Shown here one piece after another: positions 55,132 to 59,543 of a stretch of 59,543 nt of DNA. This stretch comes from a virus (Duplodnaviria; Caudoviricetes). Under the pieces are notes generated by a model that was not told the origin of the DNA, made no database searches, and saw only the letters and a list, made by a program, of their open reading frames with translations. Position 1 is the stretch's first letter. Each line of letters begins with the position of its first letter. The stretch covers positions 1-59,543 of IMG/VR virus record IMGVR_UViG_3300036846_000476; one strand, written 5' to 3'. The translations under genes were made by a program, and so were the position numbers.

Positions 55132-57039
55132 ATGATCGTCGCCGGCGATTATGAGACCTATTACGACAAGGAGTACTCGCTCTCGAAGATGAGCGAGGTC
55201 GAGTACATCCTCGACGCGCGCTTCCAGGCGATCATGCTTTCGTTGAAGGTTGGGAACCAACCTTCCGAAATCCTGATCGGCGAGGACCAGATCGCCTCGC
55301 GTCTGGCGACGCTCGATTGGGAGAACGTGGCGTGGCTTTCGCACAACACACGCTTTGATGGCTCAATCCTGGCGTGGCATTTTGGGTATGTACCCAAAAT
55401 GTACCTGTGCTCGCTGAGCATGGCGCGCGCCACGACGCACTGGACGATCGGCAGATCCTCGCTGGCCAAGCTGTCGGAGTACCTCGGGCTACCTCCAAAG
55501 GGCGATGAGGTTTTAAAAGCTCAGGGCAAGCGCCTGGAGGACTTCACTCCCGAGGAACTCCAGGCCTATGCCGATTATTGCATACGCGATAATGAGAATG
55601 CCCGCGCCGCGTTCGACATCATGCGGCCAATCTTCGGAACCAACGAGCTGATACTGATCGATCTTATCATGCGGATGTTCATCCTGCCGCAGGTCCAGCT
55701 CAACACCGAGGTGCTACAGCAGAACCTCGCCGACGTCATCGAGCGAAAGCAATTGGTGATGGCCGACGTCGAGAGCATCCCGAAGGAAAACTTCTCCAGC
55801 AACATCCAGTTCGCTGAGCTGCTCGAAGCCAATGGCGTCGAGGTGCCGAAGAAGGTCTCACCAACCACGGGGGAGGAAATCCCGGCGCTGTCGAAGAACG
55901 ACTGGGACTTCAAGGAGCTGCTGATGGATGACAGCCTGCCATTGCATGTCCAGGCGATCCTGGCGGCGCGCGTCGCAGTGAAGAGCACGCTCGAAGAGAC
56001 CCGCAGCGCCAATCTGCTCAGGTTGTCGCGAATAGATTGGCCGACGCAGGGCAGGGGCTGGGCGCCGGTACCCTTAAAATATTCGGGCGCGAGGACGCAC
56101 CGCCTGTCGGGCGACGGCGGTCTCAACTGGCAGAACTTCATGCGCGGATCGTTGATCCGGCAGGCGATCGAAGCGCCGCCTGGTCATCGAGTGGTGCACC
56201 GCGACGCCTCGCAGATCGAGGCGCGCATGACCGCGTGGCTAGCCAGGTGTGAACCTCTACTGCACGCCTTTAAAGATCCAACTCGCGATCCCTATTCCGA
56301 GTTCGCCACGATCGTCTACAACCGCGAGATTACCAGGGAAGATAAATTAGAGCGCTTTGTCGGCAAGACTGGCGTGCTGAGCCTGGGCTATGGCTCCGGG
56401 CCACAACGGTTCCGGCAGATGCTGTTTATCGGCAATGGCGGGATCAGCCTTAGGGTCCACCTCGAGGAAGCCGCCCGCATCGTCTACACCTACCGCGACG
56501 TGTTCCCCGAAATCCCGCATCTGTGGGCCTACGCCGGCGAGCTGCTGATTAAGATACTCAAACTAACGCGGCGTTCAACGGCGCGACGCCGGTCGATCAC
56601 CCCCGAGCTGTACTCCCACATCCCGGTCAAGCCGGAGTACGACAGCCTATTGTTACCGTCGGGGTTGCGCATCTGCTACCCAAACCTGCGGCACAACGAG
56701 AACGAGTACGACACCGGCCTGGTGTACGACGATCCGTACTCGAAGGCGCAGCGCAAGATCTACGGCGCGAAGGCGGTCGAGAACATATCTCAGGCACTGG
56801 CACGGATCATCGTCACCGATATCGCGGTTAGGGTGCGTACCATGACCGGGTACCATCCGTTCCTAACCACCCACGACAGCCTCGATTACTGTGTACCGGA
56901 CGTTGAAGCAGAGGAAATGGACGCCGAGCTGGAGCGCCAGTTCGCGCTGGTGCCCGAGTGGGCGCCCGGCCTACCACTGGCGAGCGAGGGCGGCTGGGGC
57001 CGCACGCTGCGTGACGCCGAGAAGATGGTGAATGCATGA
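55132..57039 (+). CDS. polA: Family A DNA polymerase with 3'-5' exonuclease
   Basis: DYET and HNTRFD exonuclease motifs; DASQIEAR (A), R...K...L...YG (B), HDS (C). Confidence 0.93.
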   Translation: MIVAGDYETYYDKEYSLSKMSEVEYILDARFQAIMLSLKVGNQPSEILIGEDQIASRLATLDWENVAWLSHNTRFDGSILAWHFGYVPKMYLCSLSMARATTHWTIGRSSLAKLSEYLGLPPKGDEVLKAQGKRLEDFTPEELQAYADYCIRDNENARAAFDIMRPIFGTNELILIDLIMRMFILPQVQLNTEVLQQNLADVIERKQLVMADVESIPKENFSSNIQFAELLEANGVEVPKKVSPTTGEEIPALSKNDWDFKELLMDDSLPLHVQAILAARVAVKSTLEETRSANLLRLSRIDWPTQGRGWAPVPLKYSGARTHRLSGDGGLNWQNFMRGSLIRQAIEAPPGHRVVHRDASQIEARMTAWLARCEPLLHAFKDPTRDPYSEFATIVYNREITREDKLERFVGKTGVLSLGYGSGPQRFRQMLFIGNGGISLRVHLEEAARIVYTYRDVFPEIPHLWAYAGELLIKILKLTRRSTARRRSITPELYSHIPVKPEYDSLLLPSGLRICYPNLRHNENEYDTGLVYDDPYSKAQRKIYGAKAVENISQALARIIVTDIAVRVRTMTGYHPFLTTHDSLDYCVPDVEAEEMDAELERQFALVPEWAPGLPLASEGGWGRTLRDAEKMVNA

Positions 57040-57599
57040 GCATCATCAAGCCTCGACGTGTTCTCCATTGTATTGTTTGCGGCGTGTTAATTGGTGACAG
57101 TCGCAGCAAGTCCGCGAAGACTTGCGGAAATACCGAATGCGATAAGGAGGTTCATAAGTGGGCGTTAGCGAGGTGGCTAGCACGGCATCCTCGGCGCGGT
57201 AATTACCCACCTATATACACTAACTGCTGTATTTGTGGTACGACGTTTCGGAAAACCGGTAATCAGAAAACCTGTAGCGTAGAATGTAGGGTTTATTATT
57301 ACAAATGCCTAAATTACAACGGTAAGCAACGCACGCGCAAACAAGGGTATTGTGTTTACTGCGGCACCATTCTGCAAAATACCAAGTACTCAAAGCCACG
57401 CCGTTTATGCAGTGAAGCATGTCGGACTAAACGAAACCATTTAATGTGCTCAGCGCGCGCCCGACGTGACACTGCTCTAGCCAACCTTATACGAGAGTTT
57501 GGCATTTCGTTCACACTAGAGTCCACAGCCGCCCAAGCCCTAAAGGAGATCATCCCCCATGCTGAGTACCGAACGCTATCCTGGCAAGACCGGCGCTAA
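57036..57599 (+). CDS. Multi-zinc-finger protein
   Basis: Three CxxCG...C repeats; visibly lower GC than flanks. Confidence 0.65.
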   Translation: MSIIKPRRVLHCIVCGVLIGDSRSKSAKTCGNTECDKEVHKWALARWLARHPRRGNYPPIYTNCCICGTTFRKTGNQKTCSVECRVYYYKCLNYNGKQRTRKQGYCVYCGTILQNTKYSKPRRLCSEACRTKRNHLMCSARARRDTALANLIREFGISFTLESTAAQALKEIIPHAEYRTLSWQDRR

Positions 57600-58056
57600 A
57601 CGTCAGTCCTTTGCCGCCGCAAACCCGCGCGATGTTCTACTGCGTGTTATCAAGCGGAGTGAAGATGAGGAAGATGCTCGCCATAAATGTTGGAGTGTCG
57701 TTTCTAAAGACCCAAACTTAATCCGTACCATCTATGAGTACTGGTTTGGAAACAACTACCAAAGTGCTGTTCGCGAGACGCGCGGACAAAAAAAGAAACG
57801 GCGGACCAAGGCTGAAATCGCAGCAGACGTTGAACAGATGCGTGCTCATGTCGATCGCCACATCGAGTACAAGGTCTCGATCAAGCTGCTGAATATGATA
57901 ATGCCAAGCGGTAAATTCCTCGCTGACTCGACGCGTGAGGAACTAGCGCCGCTAAGTGGATGGGTCGAGCGTATCGTTGATCGTCTACAACCCGGTCAGA
58001 CCGTCGCGCAAGCTGGTCTGACAGAGCGCGATCTCCGGTCGTTGTACCATGTTTAG
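57559..58056 (+). CDS. Hypothetical protein
   Basis: AAGGAG RBS; overlap coupling. Confidence 0.7.
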   Translation: MLSTERYPGKTGAKRQSFAAANPRDVLLRVIKRSEDEEDARHKCWSVVSKDPNLIRTIYEYWFGNNYQSAVRETRGQKKKRRTKAEIAADVEQMRAHVDRHIEYKVSIKLLNMIMPSGKFLADSTREELAPLSGWVERIVDRLQPGQTVAQAGLTERDLRSLYHV

Positions 58057-58705
58057 TTGGAGCTACTCACGCCTCAAGAACTTCGAGACGTGCCCGAAGC
58101 GTCACTACCACTACGACGTGGCGAAGGACACGATCGACGGCGACAGCGAGGCGCTGCAGGAAGGCCACCGAATGCACAAGGCCTTTCAAGTAAGAGTAGC
58201 AGCAGGAATTAAGTTACCCCTTGGGTACGTACAGTACGAACCGTTAATATCTAAATTAGCGGATGCACCAGGTCTCAACTACGCCGAGCAGAAATTAGCA
58301 CTAGATGCTAATTTCAAGCCAGCGAGCTGGCGCGGCGCGGCGTGGTTCCGCGCGGTCATCGACTTCTGCAAGGTGCGTGAGAAGAGCGTCATCGTGGTCG
58401 ACTACAAATCAGGAAAACCACAAGAAGATGATACACAGCTGGCGTTGCAGGCTGCCACCGTGCTGCACCACCTCGACAAGATCGAAAGCGTCAAGTCCGC
58501 GTTCCTGTTCACCGCATTCGATAAGCTGGTATCACGCGACTACACACGCGACGACCTGGCGCGGATATGGGCCAACGTCCTGCCACGGGTCCAAAGACTC
58601 GAAGCTGCACAAACCAATCAGGAGTACCCGCCCAAACCGAGCGGGCTTTGTATCAAGTACTGCGGCGTGACATCCTGCCCCTATCATGGTGTCGGGAGCC
58701 GGTGA
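58049..58705 (+). CDS. PD-(D/E)XK (Cas4/RecB-like) exonuclease
   Basis: WSYSRL..FETCP, G..MH, ID, VDYKSGK, QLAL.A, C..C...C. Confidence 0.88.
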   Translation: MFSWSYSRLKNFETCPKRHYHYDVAKDTIDGDSEALQEGHRMHKAFQVRVAAGIKLPLGYVQYEPLISKLADAPGLNYAEQKLALDANFKPASWRGAAWFRAVIDFCKVREKSVIVVDYKSGKPQEDDTQLALQAATVLHHLDKIESVKSAFLFTAFDKLVSRDYTRDDLARIWANVLPRVQRLEAAQTNQEYPPKPSGLCIKYCGVTSCPYHGVGSR

Positions 58706-58977
58706 TGGCAGACCAGTTTATCATTCGTTGGGAAGATGCCCACCAGGAGCCGCAGGTCGCGCCTAACCCAAACTACCCCAATGGGATCGACCTCGATCTG
58801 ACGACGGTGGGCATGCCGTCCTGCGAGACGGCGCTGCCCTACCCAGCCAAGCGGATTGGCATGTACTTCATTACCTGCATCAAGTGCGGGTTGCGCTTAG
58901 GTGTGACGACGGCTGGGCGGCCCGATGATCCGCGTTCGGTCAGGGTTTCCTGCAAGACAGAGTTTGGCAGGGCGTGA
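58705..58977 (+). CDS. Hypothetical Cys-containing protein
   Basis: TGATG coupling; CIKCG. Confidence 0.6.
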   Translation: MADQFIIRWEDAHQEPQVAPNPNYPNGIDLDLTTVGMPSCETALPYPAKRIGMYFITCIKCGLRLGVTTAGRPDDPRSVRVSCKTEFGRA

Positions 58978-59243
58978 TGGTCGCGTCCTACGACGTCTCG
59001 ATCCACGAGCTGATCCGGAAGCAGGTGCCGCAACGGTTGTTGGAGCAAGGGTTGGACTTTGCGCTGATGACCGACCCCTACCATCTGCGTACCGTGGCGC
59101 GCTTCATAGTACGAAATCATTTAACGCAAGTAGATCAGGCGTTGCCAGAGATCGTCCTAGAGCGTCTCAAGATCGACGGTCGGTTCATCGCCTGCAAGAT
59201 ACCCGACTGGTATATCTCCCACCTATGTACGATACCAATATGA
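58974..59243 (+). CDS. Hypothetical protein
   Basis: GTGA coupling. Confidence 0.6.
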   Translation: MMVASYDVSIHELIRKQVPQRLLEQGLDFALMTDPYHLRTVARFIVRNHLTQVDQALPEIVLERLKIDGRFIACKIPDWYISHLCTIPI

Positions 59244-59543
59244 GAACCACCTCCGAACGCACGATCAAGTTCCGCATCAAGGCCGTGCTCGATAAATATA
59301 GGAGCTGTTGTTATTATTTTATGCCGGTGCCCGGCGGGTACGGCAGGCAGACCCTCGACTATCTGGGGTTCGTCTGCGGCAAGGGGTTCGCGATCGAGGC
59401 CAAGCGCAGCGACGGTAAGCCGACGCCGCGCCAGGAGGTGACGATCGCGCAGATCGGGGCCGCCGGGGTGCCGGTCTTTGTCATCAAGGACGAGGACAGC
59501 CTCGACGTATTTAAAAATTGGATAAGGGAACAAGTGGATGGGC
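59240..59543 (+). CDS. VRR-NUC nuclease spanning the circular join (ends at TAA 172-174)
   Basis: Translated by hand: E..IK..I...GYGRQTLDYL...G.GFAIEAK..GKPTPRQ. Confidence 0.85.
   Translation, partial: MRTTSERTIKFRIKAVLDKYRSCCYYFMPVPGGYGRQTLDYLGFVCGKGFAIEAKRSDGKPTPRQEVTIAQIGAAGVPVFVIKDEDSLDVFKNWIREQVDG

Noticed and set aside
58049-58705. Cas4-like gene as part of a CRISPR-Cas system
   Set aside because: No array or other cas genes; ordinary phage replication-module nuclease
1-59543. tRNA, tmRNA or rRNA genes
   Set aside because: No cloverleaf with T-loop and CCA recognised by eye; a tRNAscan/Infernal run is needed to exclude them fully

Overview
The window is an apparently complete, circularly assembled genome (59,416 bp plus a 127-bp end overlap) of a GC-rich temperate podovirus-type phage; a proteobacterial host, possibly alphaproteobacterial, is inferred. 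Plus-strand replication block (55.1 kb through the join to 8.4 kb): PolA, PD-(D/E)XK nuclease, VRR-NUC, SNF2 helicase, SSB-like protein, primase-helicase, Xis, tyrosine integrase and probable attP. Minus-strand virion block (8.9-37.5 kb): portal, scaffold, capsid, adaptors, three fibres, GNAT and ejection proteins including a 2263-aa protein. The terminase genes are divergent from the portal. An AT-rich control/origin region lies at 42.8-44.2 kb, followed by an early/accessory block (44.2-55 kb) with Ku and an AAA+/vWA module. The main unexplained signal is a genome-wide lattice of two DNA palindromes. Motif A, TTAGTACCGGTACTAA, has 14 exact and 6 variant copies 0.3-7 kb apart, many inside genes or serving as stop codons. 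Motif B, TAYAG-N3-CTRTA, has about 8 perfect and about 10 degenerate copies, mostly at gene starts. Also notable: a HiPIP-like 57-aa protein missed by the ORF track, a TGACGTCA array overlapping a ribbon-helix-helix gene, and no recognisable endolysin. All family calls come from motif recognition by eye; no searches were run.
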